A stretch of DNA of 64,000 bases from Candidatus Binatia bacterium (GTDB lineage Bacteria; Desulfobacterota; Binatia; UBA9968; JAJDTQ01), in the NCBI GenBank assembly GCA_963666515.2, contig OY762897.2, positions 3,136,001-3,200,000 on the forward strand. The letters are read 5' to 3'. The position numbers were made by a program, and so were the translations under genes. Within the stretch, counting starts at the first letter, position 1; each line of letters opens with the position of its first letter. The notes under the pieces are model-generated. The model saw nothing but the letters and a program-made list of their open reading frames with translations, was not told the origin of the DNA and did not search any database. Positions 1 to 10,387 of the stretch are shown in pieces.

Positions 1-426
1 CGCTACGGCGAAGGCCACCCGTCGCAGCACCGGCAGGTCCTGCATGTCGTCGCCCACGTAGGCGATCTCGGCGTCGGTCAGGCCCGTGTCGGCCTTGACC
101 CTGTCGTAGCCGCGCAGCTTGTCGGCGACGTTCTGATAGACGAGCCCGATGGACAGGCGCTCGGCGCGCACCGCCACCGCGCGGGACGCCCGGCCGGTCA
201 AGAGCCCCACGCGGATGCCCGCCTGCTGGAGCAGCTTGACGCCGTGGCCGTCCTGGACGTCGAAGCGCGTGACCTCCTGGCCCCGTTCGTCGATGACGAT
301 GCCGCCGTCGGTCAGCACGCCGTCCACGTCCAGCAGCAGCAGCTTGACGGCCCGGACCCTGCGCCGCAGCTCCTCCGCCGCCGGTTGCGCCGCGGGCTCA
401 GACGATGCCGGCTTTGAGCAGGTCAT
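1..426 (-). CDS. kdsC: Kdo 8-phosphate phosphatase (HAD family), runs off the window's left edge
   Basis: Manual minus-strand translation gives VKLLLLDVDGVLTDG and AYVGDDMQD HAD motifs; downstream of kdsD; start (ATG at 426) uncertain. Confidence 0.88.
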   Translation of the reverse strand, partial: MTCSKPASSEPAAQPAAEELRRRVRAVKLLLLDVDGVLTDGGIVIDERGQEVTRFDVQDGHGVKLLQQAGIRVGLLTGRASRAVAVRAERLSIGLVYQNVADKLRGYDRVKADTGLTDAEIAYVGDDMQDLPVLRRVAFAVA

Positions 427-1384
427 GGAGGTGGATGACGCCCTGGGGGCGCTCGGAGCCGCCGGCCTTGATGAAGAGGGAGGTGATGGAGAACTTCTGC
501 ATCAGGGCGACGGCTTCGGCCGCCAGCGAGTCGGCGCCGATGGTCTTGGGGTCGCGGGTCATGATCTCCGCGGCCTCGCGGTCGAGGATGCCGGCCTTGC
601 CGTCGCTCCGGGCGAGACAGCGCCGCAGGTCGCCGTCGGTGATGATGCCGACGAGCGCCGACCCCCCATCGACCACGCCGGTGACTCCGAGCCGCTTGGA
701 GGTGATCTCCAGCAGGATGTCCTTGAGGGGGGTGTCCTCGGACACCAGCGGCATCTCCTCGCCCTGGTGCATCAGGTCCCGGGTGCGGAGGAGCAGCCGG
801 CGGCCCAGCGCGCCGCCGGGGTGGCGGAGCAGGAAGTCCTCGGTCTTGAACCCCCGGCGCTCCAGCAGCACCACGGCGAGGGCGTCGCCCATGGCCAGCG
901 CCGCGGTGGTGCTGGCGGTGGGGGACAGGCCCAGGGGACAGGCTTCCGCGGGCACGCCGACGTCGAGCACCACGTCCGCGGAAAGGGCCAGGGCGGACTG
1001 CGCGTTGCCGGTCATGGCGACCAGCGGGAGGCTCCAGCGCTTGATCAGCGGCAGCATCTTCAGGACTTCTTCGGACTCGCCGCTGTTGGACACCGCCAGC
1101 ACCACGTCGTCGCGCATGATCATGCCCAGGTCGCCGTGGCTCGCCTCGGCCGCGTGGAGGAAGAACGACGGCGTGCCGGTGCTGGCCAGGGTGGCCGCGA
1201 TCTTGTGGCAGACGAGGCCCGACTTGCCCACGCCGGTGACGATGACCTTGCCGGTGCAGTCGTGCAGGACGTCCACGGCGCGGGCGAACGCTTCGCCGAC
1301 GCGGTCCCTGGCTGCGGCGATGCCGCCGATCTCGACGTCCAGGACCTCGCGCGCCTTGCGGATGACGTCCGCCGCCCCGCCCAT
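398..1384 (-). CDS. kdsD: Arabinose-5-phosphate isomerase (KpsF/GutQ, SIS + CBS)
   Basis: GVGKSG, HGDLG, EACPLGLSPTAST, HPGGALG motifs and a C-terminal CBS pair. Confidence 0.95.
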   Translation of the reverse strand: MGGAADVIRKAREVLDVEIGGIAAARDRVGEAFARAVDVLHDCTGKVIVTGVGKSGLVCHKIAATLASTGTPSFFLHAAEASHGDLGMIMRDDVVLAVSNSGESEEVLKMLPLIKRWSLPLVAMTGNAQSALALSADVVLDVGVPAEACPLGLSPTASTTAALAMGDALAVVLLERRGFKTEDFLLRHPGGALGRRLLLRTRDLMHQGEEMPLVSEDTPLKDILLEITSKRLGVTGVVDGGSALVGIITDGDLRRCLARSDGKAGILDREAAEIMTRDPKTIGADSLAAEAVALMQKFSITSLFIKAGGSERPQGVIHLHDLLKAGIV

Positions 1385-1385
1385 G

Positions 1386-2222
1386 TCACCGGCCTCCGCG
1401 GTCCTTGACCCGGTCGTCGATGTCCTTGACCGCGCGCAGCAGCTCGTCGAGCCCGTCGAGGGGGAAGGAGGTGGGGCCGTCGCTCAGGGCCCGGTCCGGG
1501 TCCTCGTGGACCTCCATGAACAGGCCGTCCACCCCGACCGCCGCTCCCGCCCGCGCCAGCGGCGCGATGAACCGGCGGTCGCCGCCCGAGGCATTGCCCA
1601 GGCCGCCGGGAAGCTGCAGGCTGTGGGTGGCGTCGAAGACCACCGGGAACCCGGTCTCGCGCATGATCACCAGCGAGCGCATGTCCGACACCAGGTTGTT
1701 GTAGCCGAACGAGACCCCGCGCTCGGTCAGCAGCACGTTGGCGTTGCCCGCGGCCACGACCTTGGCGGCGACGTTGCGGACGTCCCAGGGCGCCAGGAAC
1801 TGGCCCTTCTTCACGTTCACCACCTTGGCGGCGCGCGCGACCGCGGTCACGAAATCCGTCTGCCGGCAGAGGAAGGCCGGGATCTGGGCCACGTCCACGA
1901 CTTCGCAGGCCGGGCCGATCTGGTCCGGCTCGTGCACGTCGGTGAGCACCGGCACGCCGACCTCGCGCTTCACCTCCTCCAGGATGCGCAGCCCTTCGTC
2001 GAGGCCCGGGCCGCGAAAGGAGTCCAGGGAGGTGCGGTTGGCCTTGTCGTAGGACGACTTGTAGACGAACGGGATGCCAAGGCGCCGGGTCAGCCCTTGC
2101 AGGTACGACGCGTGCCGCAACGCCGAGTCCCGGTTCTCGATGACGCAGGAGCCGGCGATCAGGGCGAGCGGCCGCCCGCCCCCGACGCGGATGCCGCCGA
2201 TGGGGACCTCGGTTGCGGTCAT
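1386..2222 (-). CDS. kdsA: Kdo 8-phosphate synthase
   Basis: C-terminal part of ORF 1386..3242 from MTATEV; [34 protein letters not shown]. Confidence 0.95.
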   Translation of the reverse strand: MTATEVPIGGIRVGGGRPLALIAGSCVIENRDSALRHASYLQGLTRRLGIPFVYKSSYDKANRTSLDSFRGPGLDEGLRILEEVKREVGVPVLTDVHEPDQIGPACEVVDVAQIPAFLCRQTDFVTAVARAAKVVNVKKGQFLAPWDVRNVAAKVVAAGNANVLLTERGVSFGYNNLVSDMRSLVIMRETGFPVVFDATHSLQLPGGLGNASGGDRRFIAPLARAGAAVGVDGLFMEVHEDPDRALSDGPTSFPLDGLDELLRAVKDIDDRVKDRGGR

Positions 2223-3877
2223 GGCCTCGACGAGTCCGCGACGATGCGCATGCGCGGGACTTCCTCGACCGGCGAACGCTGCTGCAAGGCGGCCCGGATG
2301 AAGCCCTTGAACAGCGGATGGCACTCCGTCGGACGGGACTTGAACTCCGGGTGGAACTGGCAGCCCACGAACCAGGGGTGGTCCGCCATCTCGATGATCT
2401 CCACCAGGCTGCCGTCGGGAGACAGGCCGCTGATCCGCATTCCCTTCTCCTGCATCAGCTCCCGGTAGCGGTTGTTGAACTCGTAGCGATGCCGGTGGCG
2501 CTCCGAGATGCGCTTCTTCCGGTACATCCTGGCCGACAGGGAATCGGAGGCCAGCACGCACGGGTAGGCGCCCAGGCGCATGGTCCCGCCCATCTTGTCC
2601 ACGTCCTTCTGCTCGTCCATCAAGTGTATCACCGGGTGTCTGGTCCCGGGGTCGAACTCCACCGAGTTGGCGCCCTTGAGGGAACAGACGTTGCGGGCGA
2701 ACTCGGCCACGGCGATCTGCATCCCCAGGCAGATGCCGAAGAACGGCACCTTGTTCTCGCGCGCGTAGCGCACCGCGCGGACCTTGCCCTCGGTGCCGCG
2801 GTCGCCGAACCCCCCGGGTATCAGGATGCCCTGGACGCCTCCCAGGAGCTTCTGGACATCCTGCTTTTCCATCTTCTCCGCGTCGATGCCGTCCAGCTCG
2901 ACGTGCACTCCGTTGGCGATGCCGCCGTGGACCAGCGCCTCCAGCAGGCTCTTGTACGACTCCTTGAGCTCCATGTACTTCCCCACCACCGCGATCCGCA
3001 CCGATTCCCGCGCGCTCTTCAGGATGTGCACCGTCTTCTGCCACTTGCGCAGGTTGGGAGCGCCGGTCCACATCTGGAGCCGCTCGACGATGCGGTCGTC
3101 CAGGCCCTCCTGGTGGAACACCAGCGGCACCTCGTAGATCCACTCCACGTCCTTGGCCGTGATGACCGAGTTCTCGTCCACGTTGCAGAAGCTGGCGATC
3201 TTCGCCTTGAGATTCCGGTTCAGCAGGCGGTCGGTCCGGCACAGCAGGAAATCGGGTTGTATCCCGAGGCCGGTAAGCTCCTTCACGCTGTGCTGGGTGG
3301 GCTTGGTCTTCAACTCGCCGCCGGGGGCGATGTACGGCACGTAGGTGAGGTGGACGTAGATGACGTTCTCCCTGCCGTAGTCCCGGCCGAACTGCCGGAT
3401 GGCCTCCAGGAAGGGGAGGCCCTCGATGTCGCCGACGGTGCCGCCCACCTCGCAGATGGCGATGTCGCAGTCCTCCGCCGCGGCCACGATGCGGCGCTTG
3501 ATCTCGTCGGTGACGTGGGGAATGACCTGGACCGTCCCTCCCAGGTAGTCGCCCCGGCGCTCCTTGGTGATGACCGTGTCGTACACCTGGCCGGTGGTGA
3601 AGTTGTTGGCCCGTCCGGTGGGGGAGGAGACGTAACGCTCGTAGTGTCCCAGGTCCAGGTCGGTCTCCGCGCCGTCGTCGGTGACGAACACCTCGCCGTG
3701 CTGATAGGGACTCATGGTGCCCGGGTCGACGTTGATGTAGGGGTCCATCTTCAGCAGGGTCACCTTGAGCCCGCGGCTTTCCAGCAGCGCGCCGATGGAG
3801 GCCGAGGCCAGCCCCTTGCCCAGCGACGACATGACCCCGCCGGTGACGAAAATGAACTTCTGCCGCAAGTTAGCCAT
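2219..3877 (-). CDS. pyrG: CTP synthase
   Basis: [37 protein letters not shown]. Confidence 0.98.
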   Translation of the reverse strand: MANLRQKFIFVTGGVMSSLGKGLASASIGALLESRGLKVTLLKMDPYINVDPGTMSPYQHGEVFVTDDGAETDLDLGHYERYVSSPTGRANNFTTGQVYDTVITKERRGDYLGGTVQVIPHVTDEIKRRIVAAAEDCDIAICEVGGTVGDIEGLPFLEAIRQFGRDYGRENVIYVHLTYVPYIAPGGELKTKPTQHSVKELTGLGIQPDFLLCRTDRLLNRNLKAKIASFCNVDENSVITAKDVEWIYEVPLVFHQEGLDDRIVERLQMWTGAPNLRKWQKTVHILKSARESVRIAVVGKYMELKESYKSLLEALVHGGIANGVHVELDGIDAEKMEKQDVQKLLGGVQGILIPGGFGDRGTEGKVRAVRYARENKVPFFGICLGMQIAVAEFARNVCSLKGANSVEFDPGTRHPVIHLMDEQKDVDKMGGTMRLGAYPCVLASDSLSARMYRKKRISERHRHRYEFNNRYRELMQEKGMRISGLSPDGSLVEIIEMADHPWFVGCQFHPEFKSRPTECHPLFKGFIRAALQQRSPVEEVPRMRIVADSSRP

Positions 3878-4625
3878 GTCGTTTCCTCGGCTGGAGCCGG
3901 CTCCAGTACTCCTCGGCCCGTTCCAGGTCGTCCGGGGTGTCCACCTCCACGCCCGTTTCCTCCACGTCCGCGACCCGTATGCGGAAACCGTGGTGCAACG
4001 CCCGCAACTGTTCCAGACCCTCGGTCAACTCCAGCGCCACCGCCGGCATGGCGGCGATGCGCAGCAGGAAGTCGCGCCGGTACGCGTAGATGCCCAGGTG
4101 ACGGTGACCCCAATGAACGGGCCCGGCCGGCGCCTCCCGGTGGAAAGGGATGGGCGCGCGGGAGAAGTAGCAGGCGAAGCCCTGCCGGTCCGTCACCACC
4201 TTGACCACGTTCGGGTTGAGGAACTCCCGTTCCGAGGTGATGGGCGTGCGCGCCGTGGCCATGGGAACGGCCGGGTCCTGCATCAGGCAGCCCACGCACC
4301 TGCGGATGGTCTCCGCCTGGATGAAGGGGAGGTCCCCCTGGACGTTGACGATCCACTCGGCCTGGAGGCCGCCGGCCACTTCGGCCAGCCGGTCCGTGCC
4401 GCTCAGATGATCCCCGGCTGTCATCACCGCCTCCCCGCCGAAGGCCCGCACCGCGTCCAGGATGCGCCGGTCGTCGGTGGCCACCACGGTCCGGCGCACG
4501 AGGTCCGCGGCCGCGGTGCGCTCGTAGACGTGCCGGATCATCGGCTTCGTACCGATCCTTGCCAGCGGCTTGCCGGGAAACCGCGTCGATCCGTAACGCG
4601 CCGGTATGATTGCCACCACGGACAT
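3870..4625 (-). CDS. kdsB: CMP-Kdo synthetase
   Basis: [36 protein letters not shown]; start set at MSVVA. Confidence 0.95.
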   Translation of the reverse strand: MSVVAIIPARYGSTRFPGKPLARIGTKPMIRHVYERTAAADLVRRTVVATDDRRILDAVRAFGGEAVMTAGDHLSGTDRLAEVAGGLQAEWIVNVQGDLPFIQAETIRRCVGCLMQDPAVPMATARTPITSEREFLNPNVVKVVTDRQGFACYFSRAPIPFHREAPAGPVHWGHRHLGIYAYRRDFLLRIAAMPAVALELTEGLEQLRALHHGFRIRVADVEETGVEVDTPDDLERAEEYWSRLQPRKRHG

Positions 4626-4881
4626 GGAATATGTCACGATATCACGGGTGAGGGGACGCCCCGCGGCACGGGCCGTCAACCCGTCCGGAGACCTGGAGGA
4701 ATCATATCCCCCGACCGTCGAGGCTGTCAAATCGCGGGGGGGTATCGGCTTGCTTTTGGGGACGACTTTCTATAAGGTCGGCGCAACCTCAACTTGCCGC
4801 GTCGCGGCGTAAAGCGGTCAGGCCGGAGCGACGCCGGGAACACGTTGCGTGACCGGCGCTCGCTGCAAAGGAGGAGTGGAG

Positions 4882-5064
4882 ATGGAGCTGCCTAAATGTC
4901 AGAAATGCGACACTGGCACGTTGATCCCGCTTTCGGACTACGGTCAGGACGGCGCCTCGGTGAGGTACAAGGCGTGGGTCTGCACCAACCTTGAATGCGG
5001 ATTCTCCCTCAGGATAGACAAGGGCGAGGTCAGCTACGGGCGCAGGATCGACCTGAAGCGCTAG
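4882..5064 (+). CDS. Small zinc-ribbon-like protein (60 aa)
   Basis: GAGGAG RBS before ATG 4882; CQKC...CTNLEC cysteine pattern. Confidence 0.7.
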   Translation: MELPKCQKCDTGTLIPLSDYGQDGASVRYKAWVCTNLECGFSLRIDKGEVSYGRRIDLKR

Positions 5065-5068
5065 CGTC

Positions 5069-5788
5069 CTAGCCGCCCCTGCTCGCGAAAAAATTGGCCA
5101 GCCGGGTCACCCCGTACTGGGCCGCCGCCTCGGTGGACCACTCAGCCGTGTCCCTGAAAAACGCCTTGGTGGCCTGCAGCCCCTGGAGGTCGCGGCCCGC
5201 CAGCGTCTCCATCCAGCGCTTCTTCTCGTCCTCCAACCGGTCACCCGGCACCACCCGGTTCACCAGACCCTGCCGCTCGGCCTCCCCGGCGCTGATCTCG
5301 CCTCCGGTCATGACCAGCTCCAGGGCCTTCTTCCGGTGTATCCAGCGGCTCAGGTAGGACATGACGATGGTGGGCGGGAAACCGGCGTTGATCTCCGGGA
5401 ACGCGAACCTGGCGTCCTCCGCGGCGAGGGTCACGTCGCTCTGGACCGCCAGCCCGCAGCCGAAGCCGAAAGCCTTTCCCCGCACCACCGCCACACTGAT
5501 CCCCGGAAAGGACTGCAACAACTTGTTGACGCGCACGATGCGGCCCAGGGCTTCGGCGAACTGGGCGGCGTTCTCGGGCCGGGGCACGTCCGGCTCGCGT
5601 CCGGAGCAGAAGTGCTCTCCCCTACCCTCGATGACCAGCAGCCGGAGAGCCTTGTCGGCCGCGGCTTCGGTCAGGCTCTCGGTGAGCGCCAGCATCAATT
5701 CGAGGTCCACCGCGTTGCCTTTCTCCGGCCGGTTCAGCGTAATGCTGGCGGTGTCGCCCGCCTTGTCGAGCAGGACCTTGTCGGACAT
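5069..5788 (-). CDS. Enoyl-CoA hydratase/isomerase family protein
   Basis: ITLNRPEKGNA, FCSG, AFGFGCGL, FAFPEI crotonase motifs. Confidence 0.9.
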   Translation of the reverse strand: MSDKVLLDKAGDTASITLNRPEKGNAVDLELMLALTESLTEAAADKALRLLVIEGRGEHFCSGREPDVPRPENAAQFAEALGRIVRVNKLLQSFPGISVAVVRGKAFGFGCGLAVQSDVTLAAEDARFAFPEINAGFPPTIVMSYLSRWIHRKKALELVMTGGEISAGEAERQGLVNRVVPGDRLEDEKKRWMETLAGRDLQGLQATKAFFRDTAEWSTEAAAQYGVTRLANFFASRGG

Positions 5789-5821
5789 GGAAGTCTCCCT
5801 TTCCGCGCGGGTGGACGAGTC

Positions 5822-5839
5822 GGCGACCCGCGGTCGCCC
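5822..5839. repeat. REP-like palindrome core (GGCGACCCGCGGTCGCCC)
   Basis: Identical to the core of the GTAG-type REP at 62501-62524. Confidence 0.6.
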
Positions 5840-8256
5840 TATCGGTTTCCCCTGGCCTCCCGGATGAGCGACCACAGGTAGTGGGGCGTGAGCGGCAGCC
5901 GGCGGACGGCGATGCCCAGGGGCTTGAGGGCGTCCTCCACCGCGTTGGCCAGCACCGCGGGCGGACCCACCGTGCCGGTCTCGCCGGCGCCCTTGAAGCC
6001 GCCGGGCGTGAACGGGTTGGGCGTCTCGATGTGCTCCAGCACCATCTCCGGCATCTCCATGGCCGTGGGCAGGAAATAGTCCTTGAAGCTGGCCGCCAGC
6101 GGCTGGCCTTCCTCGCTGTAGGGCAGCTCCTCGTACAGCGCGCCGCCGAAGCCGTGGGCCAGCGCGCCCACGTGCTGGCCCCTGACGATGAGCGGGTTCA
6201 GCATGTTGCCGCAGTCGTGGACGGAGACGAATTTCAGGATCCTCAAGAGCCCGGTGTCGGCCTCCACCTCCACCGCCGCGGCCTCGGCGTCGTAGGGGAA
6301 GCTGCTGAACATGGCCACGCGCCCGCGCTCGTCGGCCTCGAACTCGATGTTGGGATCGCGGAAGTGGTACAGCGTCTCCAGCCCCGGGTCCATGCCCTCG
6401 GGCAACTGGAACGGGTAGAAGTACGCCACCCGCGCGATCTCCGAGAGGGACACCGTCTCCGCCGGGCGGCCTTCCACCGACACCTGCCCGCCGGCGAACA
6501 CGAGCCCGCCGGGCGGGTGCCGCAGCATCACCGAGGCAATCTGCGTGATCTTCTCCCGGAGCGCCCGCGCCGCCAGGGTCACCGCGGTGGTGCCCACCAC
6601 CGAGAAACGGCTGGAGTAGGAGCCGGAGCCGTAGGGGCAGGCCAGGCTGTCTCCCTCCACCACCATCACGTCATCGAACGACACCTGCAGCTCGTCGCCC
6701 ACGAGCTGCGAGATGGAGGTGGCGTGGCCCTGGCCCTCGTCGCTGCCGCCGGGGAAGACGTAGACCTTGCCGTTGGGGTCCATGCGCATGCGCACGCTGT
6801 AGTAGCCGGCGTTGTAGGAGCCCATGCGGGTGGAGCTGGACGGCTCGATGACCAGACAGGCGCCGATGCCCAGGTAGCGGCCCTCGGCCGCGGCCTCCTT
6901 CTGCGCCTTGCGCCAGTGGTCCACGTCCAGCAGCTCCAGCGCCTTGTCCAGCGCCTCGCCGTACCGGCCGCTGTCGTAGCGCGGCCCGGTGACGGAGCGG
7001 TACGGGAAGGCGTCCGGCGGGATGAAGTTGCGCCGGCGCACCTCCACCGGGTCGAGGTCGAGGTTCGCGGCGATGCGGTCCACCATGCGCTCGATGACGA
7101 AGCACGCTTCGGATTTGCCGAAGCCCCGGTGCGCGCCGTAGGGGGTCTTGTTGGTCACCACCCCCTGCACCTGCCCCTCGTAGTTGGCGATCCGGTAGGC
7201 GCCGGGCACGAACATGCCGGTGGTCACGATGGAAGCCAGGCCGCCGGTAGGATAGGCCGCGCCGATGTTGGCCACGATGCGGTCCCTGACCCCCAGGATG
7301 GCGCCGTCCCGGCGCACCGCGGCCTCGATGTGATGGGTCTGCTCGCGCGCGTGGATGGTGCCGGTCATGTGCTCGCGCCGGGTCTCCACCCACTTCATGG
7401 GGCGGTTCACGAGAATGGACAGCAGCGGCACCAGGATCTCTTCCGGGTAGAACGCCCACTTCTGCCCGTAGCCGCCGCCGATGCGCCGGAAATTCACGTG
7501 GACCTTCAGGCCCGGCAGCCCGATGGTGTTCTCGACCAGCGTGCCGATGGCGTGGCCGATCTGGGTCGTGCTCCACAGGCTCAGGGTCTTGACGCTGGCG
7601 TCGTAGTCGGCCACCACCGCCCGGGTCTCGATGGGGGTGCCGGTGAAGCGGCCGCTGTGGATGGTCTCCCTGACGATGACGTCCGCCTCGTTGAACGCGG
7701 CATCGACGTCGCCGCCCGAGACCCGGAACGTCAGCATGACGTTGTCGTCCCAGTCCTCGTAGAGGCGCTCGGAGCCGGGCTCCAGGGCGGCCGCGGAGTC
7801 CACCACCGGCGGCAGCGGGTCGAGGTCCACCTCGATCAGGTCCAGCGCGTCCTCGGCGATGTACCGGTCCGTGGCCACCACCGCGGCCACGGGCTCGCCC
7901 ACGAAGCGCACCTTGTCCCATGCCAGGCAGTAGTGGTCGAAGAACTTGATGGTGGGGTTACCGCGCTTGAACGGGTCCCGGCTCTGGAACGGGAACGGCG
8001 ACAGCGGGTTGACGTAGCCCAACTCTCGAACCTGCTCGCCGGTCAGGCCAGCCACCACGCCGGGCAGCGACAGCGCCTTGGAGAGGTCCACGCTGCGGAT
8101 GCGCGCGTGGGCCGCGGGGCTCCGGTACACCACCACGTGCAGCATGTCCGGCAGGTCGATGTCGAAGGTGTAGCGCGCCTGGCCCCGGAGGATGTCCGGG
8201 TCCTCCTTGCGCGGGACCGGGGTGCCCACCAAGGGCGGGCGCGGAGCGGCGCTCAT
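5839..8256 (-). CDS. Xanthine dehydrogenase family molybdopterin subunit (CoxL/CutL-like)
   Basis: RSPAAHARI, IGGGYGQK, QGHAT, DCGNMLNP, KGAGETG; start at MSAAPRPP. Confidence 0.9.
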   Translation of the reverse strand: MSAAPRPPLVGTPVPRKEDPDILRGQARYTFDIDLPDMLHVVVYRSPAAHARIRSVDLSKALSLPGVVAGLTGEQVRELGYVNPLSPFPFQSRDPFKRGNPTIKFFDHYCLAWDKVRFVGEPVAAVVATDRYIAEDALDLIEVDLDPLPPVVDSAAALEPGSERLYEDWDDNVMLTFRVSGGDVDAAFNEADVIVRETIHSGRFTGTPIETRAVVADYDASVKTLSLWSTTQIGHAIGTLVENTIGLPGLKVHVNFRRIGGGYGQKWAFYPEEILVPLLSILVNRPMKWVETRREHMTGTIHAREQTHHIEAAVRRDGAILGVRDRIVANIGAAYPTGGLASIVTTGMFVPGAYRIANYEGQVQGVVTNKTPYGAHRGFGKSEACFVIERMVDRIAANLDLDPVEVRRRNFIPPDAFPYRSVTGPRYDSGRYGEALDKALELLDVDHWRKAQKEAAAEGRYLGIGACLVIEPSSSTRMGSYNAGYYSVRMRMDPNGKVYVFPGGSDEGQGHATSISQLVGDELQVSFDDVMVVEGDSLACPYGSGSYSSRFSVVGTTAVTLAARALREKITQIASVMLRHPPGGLVFAGGQVSVEGRPAETVSLSEIARVAYFYPFQLPEGMDPGLETLYHFRDPNIEFEADERGRVAMFSSFPYDAEAAAVEVEADTGLLRILKFVSVHDCGNMLNPLIVRGQHVGALAHGFGGALYEELPYSEEGQPLAASFKDYFLPTAMEMPEMVLEHIETPNPFTPGGFKGAGETGTVGPPAVLANAVEDALKPLGIAVRRLPLTPHYLWSLIREARGNR

Positions 8257-8744
8257 GGGGTCCCTCCCTCGGGTTTCATGCGCCGGGCCGCGGACTGCAC
8301 CGCCTCGGTCACGGGAACGTAGCCGGTGCAGCGGCACAGGTTGCCGATGATCCCCTCGCGTATCTCTTCGGCGGAAGGGGCGGGATTGTGCGCCAGCAGC
8401 GCGTGCGCGGACATGACCATGCCCGAGGTGCAGAAGCCGCACTGGAGCGCGTGCGTCTCCTGGAAGGCCGCCTGCAACGGATTCAGCTCGCTCCCGTCGG
8501 CGAGGCCCTCGATGGTAGTCACCTCGCGCCCGTCTGCCTGCACCGCCAGGAAGGTGCAGGACTTGGCGCTCTTGCCGTCCATGACGACGGTGCACGAGCC
8601 GCAGTTGCTGGTGTCGCAGCCGTAGCGGGTTCCCTTGAGGCCCACCACGTCGCGGATGTAGTCCACCAGCAGCATGCGCGGCGGCGCCTCGCCCTCGTGC
8701 GCCGCGCCGTTGACGGTGATGCGGATCTTCGCCTTACCGGACAT
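8253..8744 (-). CDS. 2Fe-2S subunit (CoxS/CutS-like)
   Basis: GCDTSNCGSC and QCGFCTSG...NLCRCTGY. Confidence 0.93.
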   Translation of the reverse strand: MSGKAKIRITVNGAAHEGEAPPRMLLVDYIRDVVGLKGTRYGCDTSNCGSCTVVMDGKSAKSCTFLAVQADGREVTTIEGLADGSELNPLQAAFQETHALQCGFCTSGMVMSAHALLAHNPAPSAEEIREGIIGNLCRCTGYVPVTEAVQSAARRMKPEGGTP

Positions 8745-8803
8745 GGGGATACCCCGCGCGGCCGGTCCCGGTTCCGTAGCCGGCGGCAATGCGGCTGCTC
8801 TCT

Positions 8804-9706
8804 CTAACGGACATGGCCGCCTTTCACGTTCTCACCCCAGTGGCGCCGCAGCGCGATGTCCACGGCTTTCCTGAACAATGCGCCGCATACCGCCCGCTTG
8901 TAGTCGCTCGACCCGCGCACGTCCGCCAGCGGGTTCGCCGCATCCGTCACCCGCTCGGCCGCGGCGTCCACCACCTCGGGAGCCACGGGTTGCCCGCAAA
9001 GGGCTTCCTCGGCCGCGACCGCCTTGATGGGCGTGAGTCCCGCCGCCCCCAGCGCCACCCCGGCCTTCGTACAGCTCCCCGCGCCGTCCAGCTCGAGCTG
9101 CACCGCCACGCTGGCCACGGCGAAGTCCCCGGCCCGGCGCTCCATCTTGAGATAGGCCCCGGCGCTGCCGGTTGAAGGCACGGGCACCTGAAGCTCGGTG
9201 ATCACCTCGTCGTCCGCCAGCACGGTCGTGTAGGCGTCCACGAAGAACGACGCCGCGTCCACCACCCGGACCCCCGCCGGGCCAGTGCACTCCACCCGCC
9301 CCTCCAGCGCCTGCATCACCGGACCCCAGTCCCCCGCTGGATCCGCCTCCGCCAGCGCCCCGCCCAGGGTCCCCCAGCCCCGCACCTGCGCGTCACCGAT
9401 GACCCCGGCGGCTTCCGCCATCAAGGGCAGCTTCTCGCGGGCGACGGAGGAGGCGCCCACCTGCGCATGAGTGGCAAGGGCGCCGATGCGCACCACCCCG
9501 GCCGCGTCGTCCACACGCACGTCCGACAACCCTCCGACGCGCCCGATGTCGATGACGTGGGCCGGCTGGACCAGCCGCAGCTTCATCAACGGCACGAGGC
9601 TCTGCCCGCCCGACAAGAGCTTGGCGCCCTCCCCCGAGCGCTGGAGGAGTTCAATGGCGTGTTCCACGGATTCGGCGACGGTGTAGTCGAAGGAGGCGGG
9701 GTACAT
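8804..9706 (-). CDS. FAD-binding subunit (CoxM/CutM-like)
   Basis: LSGGQSLVPLMKLR, IGDAQVRGWGTLGG, ADPAGD. Confidence 0.92.
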   Translation of the reverse strand: MYPASFDYTVAESVEHAIELLQRSGEGAKLLSGGQSLVPLMKLRLVQPAHVIDIGRVGGLSDVRVDDAAGVVRIGALATHAQVGASSVAREKLPLMAEAAGVIGDAQVRGWGTLGGALAEADPAGDWGPVMQALEGRVECTGPAGVRVVDAASFFVDAYTTVLADDEVITELQVPVPSTGSAGAYLKMERRAGDFAVASVAVQLELDGAGSCTKAGVALGAAGLTPIKAVAAEEALCGQPVAPEVVDAAAERVTDAANPLADVRGSSDYKRAVCGALFRKAVDIALRRHWGENVKGGHVR

Positions 9707-10019
9707 GGGTTGGGTAGGTTCGAGACGCTAGTTCGAGCCAGGGCTCATTTCTGCCAGTGGAGCCTCAGCCGCGCGACACTCGCCGTTGATAACGCAACCC
9801 TGATGTCGAGTCAAACCTCGTGAGCCTATCGCAAGTGAATCCCTCGGCGGCCCTAAGGATGAGTCCTAAGCCGCCGATAGTAGTTGAAGGGGCCGGTCAC
9901 GGAGGCACTTCGACAATGGCCGGCATTCGATCAAATGACAGCCAAATATGCTTGAAACTCGCCATGCGGGATCATATGATGTCCAATAATGGATTCTCGT
10001 CGTCGCGTCGGAGCAGATC

Positions 10020-10376
10020 TTGGACGTAGACGAGGCAACGAGGCGCCATTTGCTGGTTCTCGCCAAGAGGAGAAACGCCCGTCGCACCGAGTTCAGTCGT
10101 GAGATACCGACCGATTGGCGACCGAGACAGGTCCGCAACCCGAACGCGCTGTTTGAGAACCACTTCACCGACGCCACCGCTTGGGAGTTCATTGCATCCA
10201 AAATCGAAGCCGGCCACCCAGTAGAGACAATTCAACTGGACAAACCACCAGGGGCGAAGGGTTACGTCATGAAGATCGATATGGGGCCCGGACAACCCCA
10301 ACTCTACGTCAAGCTCCAACTGCGTTCCGGACAGATAGTCGGACGTAGCTTTCATTACTCCGAACACGAAGGTTGA
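10020..10376 (+). CDS. Putative MqsR-like toxin
   Basis: C-terminal LYVKLQL...SFH motif typical of MqsR-like RNases; directly upstream of an MqsA-like gene. Confidence 0.6.
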   Translation: MDVDEATRRHLLVLAKRRNARRTEFSREIPTDWRPRQVRNPNALFENHFTDATAWEFIASKIEAGHPVETIQLDKPPGAKGYVMKIDMGPGQPQLYVKLQLRSGQIVGRSFHYSEHEG

Positions 10377-10387
10377 GGGAACCTGAC

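Noticed and set aside
2223-3242. Apparent N-terminal extension of kdsA (also of coxL, trmD, rplS)
   Set aside because: It overlaps the upstream gene in another frame; internal starts give normal lengths
149-4775. Long plus-strand ORFs (419, 687, 663 and 336 aa) and similar antisense ORFs across the window
   Set aside because: They are shadows of real high-GC genes on the other strand and have no recognisable motifs
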